DNA from: Phoronis australis
Lineage: Eukaryota; Animalia; Phoronida
Direction: 5' to 3'
DNA: 64,000 nt
Assembly: GCA_002633005.1 (NCBI GenBank)
Contig: NMRA01000589.1
Location: forward strand, 172,642 to 236,641
Shown here: positions 63,201 through 64,000 of the stretch, one piece after another
How positions within the stretch are numbered: the stretch's first letter is position 1
Layout of the letters: each line of letters begins with the position of its first letter
Made by a program: the position numbers and the translations under genes
Notes under the pieces: generated by a model
Seen by the model: the letters and a program-made list of their open reading frames with translations, nothing else
Databases searched by the model: none
Told to the model about the DNA's origin: nothing

Positions 63201-63904
63201 TCTTCTATACTGGGAATTTCCGCAGAAAGGCCCACCCGATAAAACGCCAATGCCCATGGGCATGTATTTGATGTTAGTACTTCGGGCTTCATGCTTTCAG
63301 ACATTGGGACGTTTATTCCGAAAATTGCAAGAGGTGCAAATAGGTCCTGGGATACATCGTCTAGGTTTGAAGTAGTCCGTGATGAACGGATCAAATTTAG
63401 TTGCGCATGTAAGTCTTTTGAATGGACTTGGTAACCTTTGGGGGCTTAGTGCCAACTGAGCTGCGAAACGAGATGCTGACGTTGTAGAGGCTTACAAGCT
63501 CATTGACACAGCAGTTGACGAAGTGCAAACGTTGGGAACAAATATCGAAGATGTCTGAGTAGAATGGTTCCAAGACGAGCAAACCATTGGATCCGATATA
63601 CAGATTCCTCGGCAGTCCAAGGATAGGACTAACGTTCCTGGAGAAAGACCCAGATAACAAGTTAATTCTACACAGTTTGCACATAATGTCGGTTTTTTAT
63701 GCTTGCGTACAATGAAAACGAAATAGAGATTATTTGTGGTCGTGCCAAATTTACCCAGTGCAGCACAGGGTCTACGAGCGCACCGAAACTGATTCTGGTT
63801 TGTATTTCCACTTGGCTCTATCTGCTTCATATCCCGCCCTCCCCCAGGTGACTCTAGCACGACAGTGATTAATGCAGTCTGGAATAATCTAGAGACTAGT
63901 ACTA

Positions 63905-63990
63905 CAGTGGCGGATCTACGGGGGGGGTTCAGGGGGTTTAAACCCCCCCCCTCGGGCCAGGACCCAAAAATTAAAAAAACAAAAAACAAA
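63905..63990. mobile_element. MITE terminus; second copy at ~62328-62400
   Basis: CAGTG.CGGAT.TA.GGGGGGTTCAGGGG.TTAA.CCCCC...GGGCCAGGACCCAAAA occurs twice. Confidence 0.7.
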
Positions 63991-64000
63991 ACAAAAACGT

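Noticed and set aside
62987-63640. Possible GPCR pseudogene on the minus strand (TLVLSLDC..ICISDPM; VNCCVN..LYNVS..FR)
   Set aside because: The motifs are weak and overlap in different frames in an incompatible order; I cannot support the call without a profile search.

Overview
This is animal (invertebrate-like) genomic DNA: AT-rich, with spliceosomal GT-AG introns, many MITE/LINE relics, two long N-gaps and two single-N joins. The main feature is a spliced, roughly 4,740-aa multimodular nonribosomal peptide synthetase at ~23.2-42.0 kb (+). Its architecture is C(partial)-A-T-E-C-A-T-C-A-T-E-C-A(vestigial)-T-TE, with five frame-preserving introns and a poly(A) signal, so it looks like a host-integrated microbial-type assembly line that could make a short peptide with two D-residues. 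The apparent break at 30932 is most likely an assembly artefact (two haplotypes of a 772-bp segment joined by one N). Nearby are the 3' end of a CUB-domain single-pass membrane protein gene, a spliced gene for a stand-alone alpha-amylase C-terminal-like domain, a 77-aa signal-peptide/TM microprotein, an orphan GAPDH last exon, an NRF1/Ewg-like pseudogene, Merlin and THAP/Kolobok transposon relics and a 39-bp tandem array. All calls come from reading motifs and splice phases by eye; no searches were run and the species cannot be determined.
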